Shown here one piece after another: positions 39,823 through 48,662 of a stretch of 64,000 nucleotides of DNA. A program made the translations under genes and the position numbers. This DNA comes from a virus (taxonomy: Duplodnaviria; Caudoviricetes). Position 1 is the first letter of the stretch. Every line of letters begins with the position of its first letter. The notes beneath the pieces were generated by a model that made no database searches, was not told the origin of the DNA, and worked only from the letters and a program-made list of their open reading frames with translations. The DNA lies in the IMG/VR virus record IMGVR_UViG_3300037827_000187, positions 2,026 through 66,025 of that record. One strand, 5' to 3'.

Positions 39823-40005
39823 CTAAGTATACGAGTTTAGTTCAGACCGCCTCGTACGCGGTCGTGTGTAGATCGGCCTGGGCTGGTAGGTTTTAATCTC
39901 CGGCTCGGACTCGATAAAATCTCCCTTCCCCGTGTATGAAAAGGACTTATCCGTAGGATGCTTCTCTTCTTTTACACGGGGGAGGAAATCAGTTCTAATA
40001 TTCAT
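39823..40005 (-). CDS. Hypothetical protein
   Basis: ATGA overlap. Confidence 0.4.
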   Translation of the reverse strand: MNIRTDFLPRVKEEKHPTDKSFSYTGKGDFIESEPEIKTYQPRPIYTRPRTRRSELNSYT

Positions 40006-40313
40006 TTGGTCATCTTGCGGGTCTCAAATTTGCTCAGATTATCAGCAGTGAGCATATCTGTTGGGACTGTTAGAGAAAGAAAGTTCTTGGCCTGGAGATC
40101 CGTTAGTGATAAATACATCGCAGTTGCGGCGTCTTTGAGGGCCTGACCCTCACCTGTAAAGGTAGCCCACTTTGCATCGCCCGAACGCCACATCGATGTT
40201 ATCCAGGTACTGTAAGCAGCACTTACGAAGGAGTTTATTACTTCACGTTCGAGTTTAGCAGTTGCTGCTCCCTCAAACATCGAGATAGGATCTGGAAAAT
40301 CAATTAAGCCCAC
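40002..40313 (-). CDS. Hypothetical protein
   Basis: Operonic ORF. Confidence 0.55.
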   Translation of the reverse strand: MGLIDFPDPISMFEGAATAKLEREVINSFVSAAYSTWITSMWRSGDAKWATFTGEGQALKDAATAMYLSLTDLQAKNFLSLTVPTDMLTADNLSKFETRKMTK

Positions 40314-40614
40314 CGGACTTCTCCTCTAATTGTTCAACTGTTTTTGCTCGTTCTACATCTCCTGCTTGGGCCTTAGGGCCGTGGTCCTTCTGAAAGAAGT
40401 TCAGGAAGCGCGACATCAACTTGCCCCAAGTCTTGCCAGACTCGTCAGCTCTTGCGGCACGTGAGCTAATGGTCTCATCGGGGTTTCCCCCTGTCACTAC
40501 ATTGGCGAATTGATCCAATCCTACTAGATCCTTGTGCAAGTAGCCTTCTTTGGAGGCTCGGCCCTCCTGATAAGCTACTTGCTCGGGAGTAAGAGGTGTG
40601 ACAGGATCAGACAT
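40300..40614 (-). CDS. Conserved phage hypothetical protein (ETISSR motif)
   Basis: LDQFANV..GG.PDETISSR...DH. Confidence 0.65.
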   Translation of the reverse strand: MSDPVTPLTPEQVAYQEGRASKEGYLHKDLVGLDQFANVVTGGNPDETISSRAARADESGKTWGKLMSRFLNFFQKDHGPKAQAGDVERAKTVEQLEEKSGGLN

Positions 40615-40953
40615 TCAGGCTTTCTTTTTAGCAAGAGCCGCCTGGAAGGCCGGAACTACTGCCTTGGCTGCATCAATTGCCGCCTGATCAACACCGGCAT
40701 TCAGGAAGTTCTGCTCAGCCGCAGAGCCACTAGCACTAAGTGCACTAGCAACTGCTTCAAGAACAGTATTCGCAGCCGTAGCAATAGCCGCAGCATTAGG
40801 GACTACTAGCGAGGCCAGGGCCACCACTTCAGGTTCGACGCCTGCAATTTCTTTTTCAATCACGGGAACTTCATTTGCAGCTTTTACAATGGCTGCTTTT
40901 ACTAGTTCATACCCTACTTTAAGGTCGTGGGCCAGACCGCTAAATAATGACAT
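40615..40953 (-). CDS. Ala-rich helical hypothetical protein
   Basis: AGGAG RBS. Confidence 0.6.
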   Translation of the reverse strand: MSLFSGLAHDLKVGYELVKAAIVKAANEVPVIEKEIAGVEPEVVALASLVVPNAAAIATAANTVLEAVASALSASGSAAEQNFLNAGVDQAAIDAAKAVVPAFQAALAKKKA

Positions 40954-41177
40954 TACTTATTCTCCTGGGATTTGGTACTTCTGTAATAAAGCGCAACCAA
41001 GGCAACGATAGTAGCTACTATGTCCTTGTCGTCTTTAGGTAACTTATTATAAGTGGCCATGACAAAATCATGGAACTGAGGGGAAGTATAGTAAGCTCCG
41101 ATCAACGCCGTGATCACCGCTGCCACGCTGTGAGTGGTGATCGAATACTTTGCGAGAAATGCTTGGAGCTTGTTCAT
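40953..41177 (-). CDS. Small two-TM protein, holin candidate
   Basis: SVAAVITALIGAYY and IVATIVALVALYY with a charged C-terminus. Confidence 0.5.
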   Translation of the reverse strand: MNKLQAFLAKYSITTHSVAAVITALIGAYYTSPQFHDFVMATYNKLPKDDKDIVATIVALVALYYRSTKSQENK

Positions 41178-41187
41178 GATTGTAAGG

Positions 41188-41209
41188 GGACCCCGTTTTT
41201 TGCGAGGAG
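41188..41209 (+). repeat. Dispersed motif copy 8 (A)
   Basis: GGACCCCGTTTTTTGCGAGGAG. Confidence 0.85.
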
Positions 41210-42724
41210 TTAAGTATAACTATTCAGCGCTGCTTGTTCTCTCTTGCTAGATACATCTCGAGGATGAAGTCTATTCCGATGCCCTTTAGGATGCATGCAA
41301 CACAAATACTGTGTCGCATTCATCAGATGATCGCCTCTCTTAAGGGGTTTATCCTTGGATTGACCTTTTTGCTCTCCAGCCTGGAAAAAATCCCACACAT
41401 AACTCCCAATCTCAGAAACAAAACTATGCAGACCCTTGAACACAAACATCTTTGGGTGCCGTGCCGACTTGTCGAGAGTCGCTGCCAGATACTCACGCAT
41501 GGCATTTAGGCCGTAATCCTCGAAGGCTACGTCCGCAGAGCGGACCGGAATGCCGCTATCTCGATAAAGTTGGAGGCCGGTTTTGTGAGTTTCATTGTTT
41601 CTTTGGGAAGCCCACTTGGGATCCAGGAGCCAGATGTCTATTTGATCATCCTGGTTCTTCAGGAGGATGTTCTTTGCATGATCCGAGACTATCTTGTTTG
41701 ATTCATAATACTCACGATAGAGGTATATATTGTCCGTTCCTGGTTCGATAGCCGCCCAAATTCCGGCTGTAGTTCCAGTAGCTGCGGGGTCAATTGATAC
41801 GATGCGTCGCCATTCTCTTGGTAGTTTAATTGGATCGACCACATGTACACTTGGCTTCCACATTGGGTAAACAAGGCCTGATCGTTGGATAAAATCGCCA
41901 TAAAGTCTGGCGGCTTCTTCGAAGTGTCCACTCCACTTCTCCTGTAATTTAACTTTCTCCTCAACAGGAACGTAAGGATTTTCGAGAACACTCAACTTAA
42001 CAAAGACCACGTCTTTGCGACCTTGCTTCATATCCTCGTAAAGATCGAATACCCAAGGGGTGCGAACGCCAGAAGCAATATCAATAAGTGGTGTAAGGGT
42101 GAGTAGGAGCTTTCCGGCGCAATCAGCGGTTCGTTGATAGCATTCGTCGAAGACATTGGCTTCGCATTCCTCGTCAATGTGAACTAGATCTACTGAGGCT
42201 CCCTGGAATTTTTCTCGGCCTGCGTCAGCTGACTTTCCGGTAATGATGGAGCCATTCTTAAAGTAGACTTGGAATTCTCCATCCACGACCTTTTCGATAA
42301 CTTCAGGATCCCGAGGGAGGAGAGGGGGATGATTTCGTCCGACGCGGAGCTTTTCATGCCAAATGACATTCTTTAGAACTCCATAGTCCAGTCCTACGAG
42401 CCAAATGTTGTTCGGCGGGTCTGGGATAGGGAGGTCTTTGACATACTCATAGGCAGGTTCTCCTATGAAGTATTCCTTCCCTAAGGCCCAGGCTACGTCG
42501 ATGAACACCCCTTCCTCGGTCTTGCCAGATCTGTTGCCTCCTAGGATGCCAAAGATCTTGACCTCGGGGGTGAATAATGGGAAATGGCGCGCCTGTTGGT
42601 CCTGGGCGTGCCAATATTTTACGAAGTTTTCTTTCCTGCGCTTCTGATCGAGGGCATCGAGGATGGCCACTCGCTGTTCGGGAGCAAACCTTCTCAAGGT
42701 TTCGAGGGCATCAACCTTGCTCAC
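41210..42724 (-). CDS. terL: Terminase large subunit
   Basis: GGNRSGKT, FQG..VD.VHIDEE, LTLTP, ENPY, SIDP, DHLMNA..Y. Confidence 0.93.
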   Translation of the reverse strand: MSKVDALETLRRFAPEQRVAILDALDQKRRKENFVKYWHAQDQQARHFPLFTPEVKIFGILGGNRSGKTEEGVFIDVAWALGKEYFIGEPAYEYVKDLPIPDPPNNIWLVGLDYGVLKNVIWHEKLRVGRNHPPLLPRDPEVIEKVVDGEFQVYFKNGSIITGKSADAGREKFQGASVDLVHIDEECEANVFDECYQRTADCAGKLLLTLTPLIDIASGVRTPWVFDLYEDMKQGRKDVVFVKLSVLENPYVPVEEKVKLQEKWSGHFEEAARLYGDFIQRSGLVYPMWKPSVHVVDPIKLPREWRRIVSIDPAATGTTAGIWAAIEPGTDNIYLYREYYESNKIVSDHAKNILLKNQDDQIDIWLLDPKWASQRNNETHKTGLQLYRDSGIPVRSADVAFEDYGLNAMREYLAATLDKSARHPKMFVFKGLHSFVSEIGSYVWDFFQAGEQKGQSKDKPLKRGDHLMNATQYLCCMHPKGHRNRLHPRDVSSKREQAALNSYT

Positions 42725-42783
42725 GCCGCTGCCTTTCGATCCTATCGGCTATGCGGGTCCACATATGGGCCTCGGCCCGAGCT

Positions 42784-43278
42784 TCAGGCGTGCCCAGTTG
42801 GACCAGACTCACCTGGTGTAGCCAAATTTGTTCCTCCAATACCTCGCTTGCTATCACTCCCGGTGAGGCGTTCACGAGCTTCTGCAATGTCTCTAGCGGT
42901 AAGTCCACTAAAGACATTGATGTTTGAGTCGGCTCCGCTCCATCCTTCGAGTTTTCCGAGTTTTTCAATGAGAACTCCTGCCTTGTCATATTCCCCAGCC
43001 TTCATCAGATGATCGATGAGGACCTCCAGCTTGCCAATCGCTACGCTCTTTGACCGCGAGGGGTCATTCGCGACAGCCGCAAAGTGCTTGTTTTGTTCGA
43101 CCCGGAAGATTTCCTGGAAGTCTTGCCGCCGTGCAATCCTCTCGACCTCATCCGGATCCAACTTGAGGTCCAATTCCACGGCGGCTTGCTTCAAACTTTG
43201 ATTGCCACGCACCATTGCCCGAGCCAGATCCGCGAAGCGGTCCAGCATTCGGTATGTGGTTTGGGATTTATGTGGCAC
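42784..43278 (-). CDS. terS: Probable terminase small subunit
   Basis: HTH-like N-terminus, IEKLGKLEG; directly upstream of TerL. Confidence 0.6.
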   Translation of the reverse strand: MPHKSQTTYRMLDRFADLARAMVRGNQSLKQAAVELDLKLDPDEVERIARRQDFQEIFRVEQNKHFAAVANDPSRSKSVAIGKLEVLIDHLMKAGEYDKAGVLIEKLGKLEGWSGADSNINVFSGLTARDIAEARERLTGSDSKRGIGGTNLATPGESGPTGHA

Positions 43279-43290
43279 GTTGTCACTTAT

Positions 43291-43320
43291 TTAGACCCCG
43301 GAGAGCCGAAAAAGGTAACA
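43291..43320 (-). promoter_or_regulatory. Putative phage ECF-sigma promoter, copy 2
   Basis: Minus strand TGTTACCTTT-ttcggctctc-CGGGGTCTAA, 12 nt upstream of terS. Confidence 0.7.
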
Positions 43321-43335
43321 TTCTGGTAAATTATT

Positions 43336-43653
43336 TTACCATGGATCCCCCCAAGGATTGAGATCGGCCTTCGTGAGAACAGCTGGTGCAACCCCTTCTT
43401 GGAGCTTTTTATCTTCTGCAAGCCAGGGGGAGGCTTGTTTTACCCTTTCTTCTTGTTTTGTTGCACTTAACTTCTTTTTTGTCTGATATCGTGAGCAGTA
43501 TAAACGGATCTTTGCTCGGCATCCTTGACAACGCTTAAAACGCTTCTCTTCTCCTAGCTCATGACCGCATCCTGTACACAGTCCAGTGACGGATCGATCA
43601 TCAATTATGGGAGGAAATTGGTGAGAACACTTCGGACAGGTGGTAGTTTTCAT
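43336..43653 (-). CDS. Zinc-ribbon protein
   Basis: CPKC, CTGC, CQGC. Confidence 0.6.
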   Translation of the reverse strand: MKTTTCPKCSHQFPPIIDDRSVTGLCTGCGHELGEEKRFKRCQGCRAKIRLYCSRYQTKKKLSATKQEERVKQASPWLAEDKKLQEGVAPAVLTKADLNPWGDPW

Positions 43654-43659
43654 ATTGAT

Positions 43660-43689
43660 TTAGACCCTCCACTATAGAAAAAGGTAACA
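43660..43689 (-). promoter_or_regulatory. Putative phage ECF-sigma promoter, copy 3
   Basis: Minus strand TGTTACCTTT-ttctatagtg-GAGGGTCTAA, 6 nt before the ATG. Confidence 0.7.
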
Positions 43690-43771
43690 AACATTTATAG
43701 AGGCTATATTCCTATATATGGGTTCTACAGAAAGTTAACTCCTTACTGCTCAATGAGTTAGAAGGAGGAGA

Positions 43772-43829
43772 ATGTCTCTCTCTTCTACCCCCATATACAA
43801 AACAATAGACCCCATAGAGAGAGAGACAT
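43772..43829. repeat. AT-rich inverted-repeat element, copy 1
   Basis: ATGTCTCTCTCT ... AGAGAGAGACAT, 12-bp perfect IR. Confidence 0.6.
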
Positions 43830-43857
43830 ATATAGAAAGATACATAAGTACTATAAT

Positions 43858-43870
43858 TATCAATAGGTTA
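43858..43870 (+). promoter_or_regulatory. IHF-consensus site
   Basis: TATCAATAGGTTA matches WATCAANNNNTTR; second match AATCAAGGGTTTG at 44121-44133. Confidence 0.5.
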
Positions 43871-44178
43871 GAGGGAAAATGGGTTATATTATATATCCCG
43901 ATACATAAGATAGTGCGACAATATAGATTGGATTTCTATATTTTTCAGTCGACAGCCCAGACCAGTATTCATGGCCACCCCTGATGACGTTAGCTTAAAC
44001 CTCGACTGGCGTCGAGTTAACAGCATTAGATGAGCATACACTACATGCTTGGGCTTAGATACGCCCGGCAAGTCCTTTGTTTTCAGTGGTTTGAGCCGCT
44101 ATTGCCCGGCCGGGCTTTGGAATCAAGGGTTTGCGGTTTGGTCATCCGACCGGATGTTGGAGGCCGTTCGGTTGGACC

Positions 44179-44342
44179 GGCTCAGTAGCACCGTGAGTGC
44201 CCCATCTCGAACACCTGCTCTCCTTGGACGACAGCCATACCCGAACCGACGGGTGCCGAGTCCACTACCGGAGATACGGCCTAGGTCAAGGGCCAACAAA
44301 CAACCAGCACGACGGGCTAGACTGCTGGTCTGCTACCGAGTC
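44179..44342 (+). ncRNA. Candidate structured leader/ncRNA
   Basis: GGCTCAGTAGCA/TGCTACCGAGTC closing stem; internal ACCAGCA/TGCTGGT and ACCCG/CGGGT hairpins. Confidence 0.4.
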
Positions 44343-44396
44343 AGTATGGGACTCTACACTAGGCTCTAGGGGACACTATCCCACTGGAGCAGGACA

Positions 44397-44663
44397 ATGA
44401 TGCACACTCAAGCGCAGTTAGATGCAATGAGCATGGACGAGCTTAAGGCCGCGATCAGCGCAATACAGACTGAGAAGGCTGTGGCCAAGGCTGGCAAGCT
44501 CACATTGACACGCAGTGACAAGAGCGGCGGGCTGATGTTATTGGGGCTTCGCAAGTTCCCGGTGACATTCCACGATGAGGAATGGGAAATGATCTTGAAC
44601 AAGGCCAACGAGATTCGGATGTTTATCAAGGCCAACCCAGAACCAGCCCGAAAGATAGGATGA
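44397..44663 (+). CDS. Early hypothetical protein
   Basis: GGAG RBS; SDKSGGLMLLGLRKFPVTFH.EEW. Confidence 0.7.
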   Translation: MMHTQAQLDAMSMDELKAAISAIQTEKAVAKAGKLTLTRSDKSGGLMLLGLRKFPVTFHDEEWEMILNKANEIRMFIKANPEPARKIG

Positions 44664-44737
44664 GTAAGGCGACGCTAGTGTCGCCTAGAGCCTAGCAGCC
44701 AATATCCAAGGGGATATCATCCCACTGGAGCACCAAA

Positions 44738-45085
44738 ATGAACACACTACAACAGCACCATGCAGACTGGCAAGCTGGCCTCATATCCGATCAGGATATG
44801 GCCATGTATATCGAACTCGACAGGCTCGAGCACCTGGCTCACATAGAGTTTGAGTGTCGAACAGCAGTATGCCGGTCAAATGGTAACCTTGAGGGCGGCA
44901 AATACCAGATCAGCACGCCCAAGGAACTAGCCGAGTTCATGAACAACATGGCAGACAAGGCTGGCCAATTACTACGGGACCGAGAGCTTGGTGGGGTATG
45001 GCACCAAGTGGACAGTAACAACAAACTCTGGTTCATAGCAATCGGGCCACATGGCAAGATTCTCGATGAAACACAGCTTAATTAG
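44738..45085 (+). CDS. Early hypothetical protein
   Basis: Same CCCACTGGAGCA-N4-AATG initiation cassette. Confidence 0.7.
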   Translation: MNTLQQHHADWQAGLISDQDMAMYIELDRLEHLAHIEFECRTAVCRSNGNLEGGKYQISTPKELAEFMNNMADKAGQLLRDRELGGVWHQVDSNNKLWFIAIGPHGKILDETQLN

Positions 45086-45138
45086 GGCTGAGGCGATAGA
45101 TGATATCGCCTTGGATATTGGCAGAAAGGGGAACCACA

Positions 45139-45306
45139 ATGATGGACATTAGCACCGCTCTAGCAGTTAGATGGCTGTGTAGCCTCGCGGCTTATGGCCC
45201 GGCGCGCACAACCGACGATCGCGTCATAGCGATTAACCATGCGGCCGAGATAGCCCATTGTCAGGCAATGTGCAATGGGATCATGTTGTATGCCACCAGA
45301 GGCTAA
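45139..45306 (+). CDS. Early hypothetical protein
   Basis: AGAAAGGGG RBS. Confidence 0.5.
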   Translation: MMDISTALAVRWLCSLAAYGPARTTDDRVIAINHAAEIAHCQAMCNGIMLYATRG

Positions 45307-45329
45307 TTCCTCGCGCAAAACGGGGTTAG
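45307..45329 (-). repeat. Dispersed motif copy 9 (B)
   Basis: TTCCTCGCGCAAAACGGGGTTAG. Confidence 0.85.
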
Positions 45330-45404
45330 GGGCTGATGCACCAGCTTGCTGGAGATAGCTGGTGGATTGGCCCCGTGTATCTAAAGGGGCTTCCAAGGAG
45401 CATT

Positions 45405-46028
45405 ATGGATCCCAACGAAGTAGTACAGCAGGAAGAAACAACTGTAGTTGAACCAATCACCCCGGAGACGTTTCAGGCGCGTATTACAGAGCTTGAGACG
45501 CAGTTGACACAAGCCGTGGCAGACCGTGACGCTGCGGATCAGCTCCTGGCTGAGATTGACAACGCACAGCCAGAGCCATCAGCTTACAAGCTGGCCAACA
45601 CCAATCCCCACAAGGTGCCCTTTGTTTCGGGCGAGCTTCGGCCTGCTTTTGCGAAATGGCTGGTCCCTATCATTGTGAAGAACCTGGACCAGTTCTACAA
45701 GGGTAATGGGGCCAACACCACCATCGGGCAGGATGCATTGATATTCAATAACCCCGATGGATCGAGCCTCAAGGCCAGCTTGAGCCTGAATCATTGGGAG
45801 CCGACATCAAGAACTGCCAAGGGCAAAACGGCGGACAATACGCCGGAGACATACGCCATTAGCCCGACCGAGTTCGGCATACTTGATGCCGCGATAGCCA
45901 AGGCCGAAGCAGCCAAGGACACACCAGTGCAAGTAAGGCTGGCGACCATCAAAGCCGTTGCGAAAGCAATGGGTAATAGGTTGGGCTTCGACGACCTTGT
46001 GCTTGTCAAGCAGCTAGCTAAACGCTAG
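45405..46028 (+). CDS. Early hypothetical protein with acidic coiled-coil N-terminus
   Basis: AAGGAG RBS; start MDPNEV. Confidence 0.7.
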   Translation: MDPNEVVQQEETTVVEPITPETFQARITELETQLTQAVADRDAADQLLAEIDNAQPEPSAYKLANTNPHKVPFVSGELRPAFAKWLVPIIVKNLDQFYKGNGANTTIGQDALIFNNPDGSSLKASLSLNHWEPTSRTAKGKTADNTPETYAISPTEFGILDAAIAKAEAAKDTPVQVRLATIKAVAKAMGNRLGFDDLVLVKQLAKR

Positions 46029-46155
46029 GCTTGTCCGGGTGGATCAAGTGCTCCAGCTTGGTCCATCAGGGATGTGCCTAGCACATCACATGAACAAGGC
46101 TGTTGAAAATGGGGGGAGATGCATCTACCCCCCATCAGCCAGAAAGGGGAATGTG

Positions 46156-46326
46156 ATGGCCAAGCGTAGAAGGCTGAAGATTGTAGTGAGAAACGACGTT
46201 AAACCATATCGGCCCATTGTGTGGAAATCACCCACCATTGCAAATGGCTGGTACGCCAACCAACGCAGTTGCGCAGATTATCCTGTGCTGTTTCAGGTAA
46301 TCAAGGGAGGCAAACATGCGGCCTAG
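46156..46326 (+). CDS. Small basic hypothetical protein
   Basis: AGAAAGGGG RBS; MAKRRRLK. Confidence 0.45.
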   Translation: MAKRRRLKIVVRNDVKPYRPIVWKSPTIANGWYANQRSCADYPVLFQVIKGGKHAA

Positions 46327-46395
46327 ACAGCATGGTAATCCCGAAATACTCCACAACACCTGTGTGATACATTATCCGTATTACCAGGTGCAACC

Positions 46396-46752
46396 ATGAC
46401 CCAAGCTGAGTATGATGCTGAGGTCAATGTAATAGAACAGGAGCAGGCGCGCTTGACAGCTCTAATGAGCGTGGCTGATCTGGTACCTAAGGATTGGGCA
46501 TTGAGTGGATTCACATATAAGCACAAAATGAATCTGCTTGATGCCCAACTTGACAAGCTGCTCAAACAGCTACGTTTTAGTCGATTCATGCTGGCGGAGC
46601 GGCAGAAGGAGAAACGCAAGAAACGGGAATCCAATGGCAAGCATCGCACGCTATGGTCTCCTGTGGATGCTGACTTAGCCCTGGCTCTCAAGCAAAAGGG
46701 CTTCAATGTACGATGTATTGGGGTAAGTAAATGGGAGGTGCAAAGTGCTTGA
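46396..46752 (+). CDS. Hypothetical protein
   Basis: AGGT RBS. Confidence 0.55.
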   Translation: MTQAEYDAEVNVIEQEQARLTALMSVADLVPKDWALSGFTYKHKMNLLDAQLDKLLKQLRFSRFMLAERQKEKRKKRESNGKHRTLWSPVDADLALALKQKGFNVRCIGVSKWEVQSA

Positions 46753-46936
46753 CTATGAATACGTCAAAGTTCAAGGGGAAGTTATCACTGTACACTGCAA
46801 CAATCCTATATGTGGCCATACAATTGGGGCTACCTTGAAATCACTGGACGCGCCATTAGGTGTGTGGGATTGTCCACAATGCCATTGGCCCATCTTCACA
46901 GGGCAAGAGTTGTATCCCGAATTGTATTTCAGCTAG
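46745..46936 (+). CDS. Small zinc-ribbon protein
   Basis: CNNPIC, CPQC; GGAGGT RBS. Confidence 0.55.
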   Translation: MLDYEYVKVQGEVITVHCNNPICGHTIGATLKSLDAPLGVWDCPQCHWPIFTGQELYPELYFS

Positions 46937-47042
46937 CTGTGCTGTGGGTGCATCCGGTCGAGTCTGGGGTCAGCCCTTCCCCTGCTCCACCTTGGATTCC
47001 TGGGTGCATCCACAGGGCAACTAGCCCACATGGAGCAACACA

Positions 47043-47123
47043 ATGTTTAACATCGAAGGCGAAGCAGATGAGCAGAAAACAGCCGAAGTGCCAGCCGAGC
47101 AAGCCCCCGTTGACAACCAGTAA
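47043..47123 (+). CDS. 26-aa acidic micropeptide
   Basis: CCCACATGGAGCAACACAATG cassette; MFNIEGEADEQKTAEVPAEQAPVDNQ. Confidence 0.45.
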   Translation: MFNIEGEADEQKTAEVPAEQAPVDNQ

Positions 47124-47190
47124 TTACCAGGACGATGACAGCGGCATTGACTATCCCGCTTGATTTAACTCAACGGCGCCGATAGTCCCT

Positions 47191-47217
47191 GGGGGCCTTG
47201 TTAGGCCCCCTTATTCT
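47191..47217 (+). terminator. Putative intrinsic terminator
   Basis: GGGGGCCT-tgtt-AGGCCCCC-TTATTCT. Confidence 0.6.
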
Positions 47218-47225
47218 CTCCAAGC

Positions 47226-47247
47226 GGACCCCATTTTTAGCGAGGAG
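47226..47247 (+). repeat. Dispersed motif copy 10 (A)
   Basis: GGACCCCATTTTTAGCGAGGAG; doubles as RBS. Confidence 0.75.
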
Positions 47248-47253
47248 AGTGGT

Positions 47254-47577
47254 ATGAAAATGCGTTGGTGGATTGTGTTAGCCCCATTTCTAATATATTA
47301 CGGGGGTATTGGGCTGAACCTATTGGCCGAGGTTACCAATCATGGCCAAATGCCCGTGGTATTATCCGACTGGACAACGGAGCGAGAGTTAAACTTTCAC
47401 CATGCGCCCTTGACCAAGGATACCCATCTAAAGATCCTGTGCGATTGGATTCCTATTTGGTGGTTAGGGGAAATGATGAGTCTCGGGGATGCCTTTATGG
47501 GGATTGGGGAGTGGATTCAGCCTTATATGATCGGGGCGTGGATTGGCCTGCTAATCTATCGGAGGGGAGAATACTGA
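47254..47577 (+). CDS. DUF5317-like membrane protein
   Basis: G..LN.L....N.G.MPV...L.D.IP...SLGD.F..IG. Confidence 0.6.
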   Translation: MKMRWWIVLAPFLIYYGGIGLNLLAEVTNHGQMPVVLSDWTTERELNFHHAPLTKDTHLKILCDWIPIWWLGEMMSLGDAFMGIGEWIQPYMIGAWIGLLIYRRGEY

Positions 47578-47738
47578 TGAAAGCCAAGATTGAGAAGCTG
47601 AGTCGCAAAGCGCACGAGCTGAAGAAATCACGAGCGGGCCACGAGGAGTGGGAGATTCGCAAGCGCTTCAAGCGCAAGGGGCAGATGTGGGTTTGGGAAG
47701 ATCAAACAATGCAGAAAGGGACATGGGTGAAAATATGA
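47577..47738 (+). CDS. Small basic hypothetical protein
   Basis: TGATG coupling. Confidence 0.45.
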   Translation: MKAKIEKLSRKAHELKKSRAGHEEWEIRKRFKRKGQMWVWEDQTMQKGTWVKI

Positions 47739-47992
47739 GCCGATGCATCCGTAATGGCGTTGTATTCAAGCGACACAACCGAACCAAGAGCAAAGATGGT
47801 TCTTGGCAGCCTTGCATTCATTGTGGTCAACCCGAAGCGCCACAAGCGACGGAGGTCCAAGATGACCAGGGAACAAGCAGCAATATTGAAGCGGCAAACT
47901 TTGCGATACCAGTTGGAACAGAGGCAGATCAAGAGTTCTTCGAGTCCTCTGAGTACACAGGGGCCGAAGTCAACACGGGTGTCACGGAGTGA
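47735..47992 (+). CDS. Hypothetical protein (C/H finger plus acidic tail)
   Basis: C...H...CIHCG; ATGA coupling. Confidence 0.5.
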   Translation: MSRCIRNGVVFKRHNRTKSKDGSWQPCIHCGQPEAPQATEVQDDQGTSSNIEAANFAIPVGTEADQEFFESSEYTGAEVNTGVTE

Positions 47993-48227
47993 TGCTCACC
48001 TAGGAGCCGTGGCTCCTTGAATTTGTGTCCCGGAGTTCACGACCCTCCAAAGGTACGTGGGCTTGGCTAGGGCCAAAAGGACCCCGGAGTACATACGACC
48101 CATTGAGTTGGGCTGCTCCGGGAGTCCGCTACATTCGTCGCGGCTGATTCGTGACGGACTGCTTTTGGACGTTGAAGTAGCTGCAACCTGGGTCTTCGTC
48201 AGTCCGGGAAGAAAATGTCCCAAAAAT

Positions 48228-48449
48228 ATGGAACAACTCTATCTAAGTCGGCGTAACCTCCTCACACTGTTGAGCAAGCTTGATCGAGTCAAGCGTGGCG
48301 AGGGTAGTATGTGCACACTCGTCAAGCAGGATCTTACACATCCCAAGTATCCAGCCTCAGTCGTGGTTCGATTGACAGCCGTAGAGGATGAGGATTATTA
48401 CACAGACAGGCTTGCTGGACAGGTACATCCTGCTGATGAGCCTCGATGA
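48228..48449 (+). CDS. Hypothetical protein
   Basis: MEQLYLSRRNLLTLLSKLD. Confidence 0.55.
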   Translation: MEQLYLSRRNLLTLLSKLDRVKRGEGSMCTLVKQDLTHPKYPASVVVRLTAVEDEDYYTDRLAGQVHPADEPR

Positions 48450-48598
48450 TTCCCACTCGACACATCATCAAGGTGGCAGATAAACGGTATATGGTGACTG
48501 AGGGGAATCAGATTTGGTATTTTGAAGTAATACGAAGTGAGGAAGAAGCGGAGCCTGAAGCGCCTGTTGTAGTACCAGAAGGGCATTTTGACAATTAA
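48446..48598 (+). CDS. 50-aa hypothetical protein
   Basis: ATGA coupling; MIPTRHIIKV...HFDN. Confidence 0.45.
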   Translation: MIPTRHIIKVADKRYMVTEGNQIWYFEVIRSEEEAEPEAPVVVPEGHFDN

Positions 48599-48600
48599 TA

Positions 48601-48625
48601 TTCCTCGCTCAAAACGGGGTTAGAT
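48601..48625 (-). repeat. Dispersed motif copy 11 (B)
   Basis: TTCCTCGCTCAAAACGGGGTTAGAT. Confidence 0.85.
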
Positions 48626-48662
48626 AGCCTCCCTCAAACATCCATCGTGAGATGGAGGCTGC

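Noticed and set aside
3754-43329. Numerous plus-strand ORFs within the morphogenesis block, and alternative frames such as 91-807 and 42711-42989
   Set aside because: Shadow ORFs of longer motif-bearing genes, without RBS or recognisable motifs
48588-48616. TTGACA sigma-70 promoter overlapping motif copy 11
   Set aside because: No -10 hexamer at the expected spacing; TTGACA lies in the end of a small ORF
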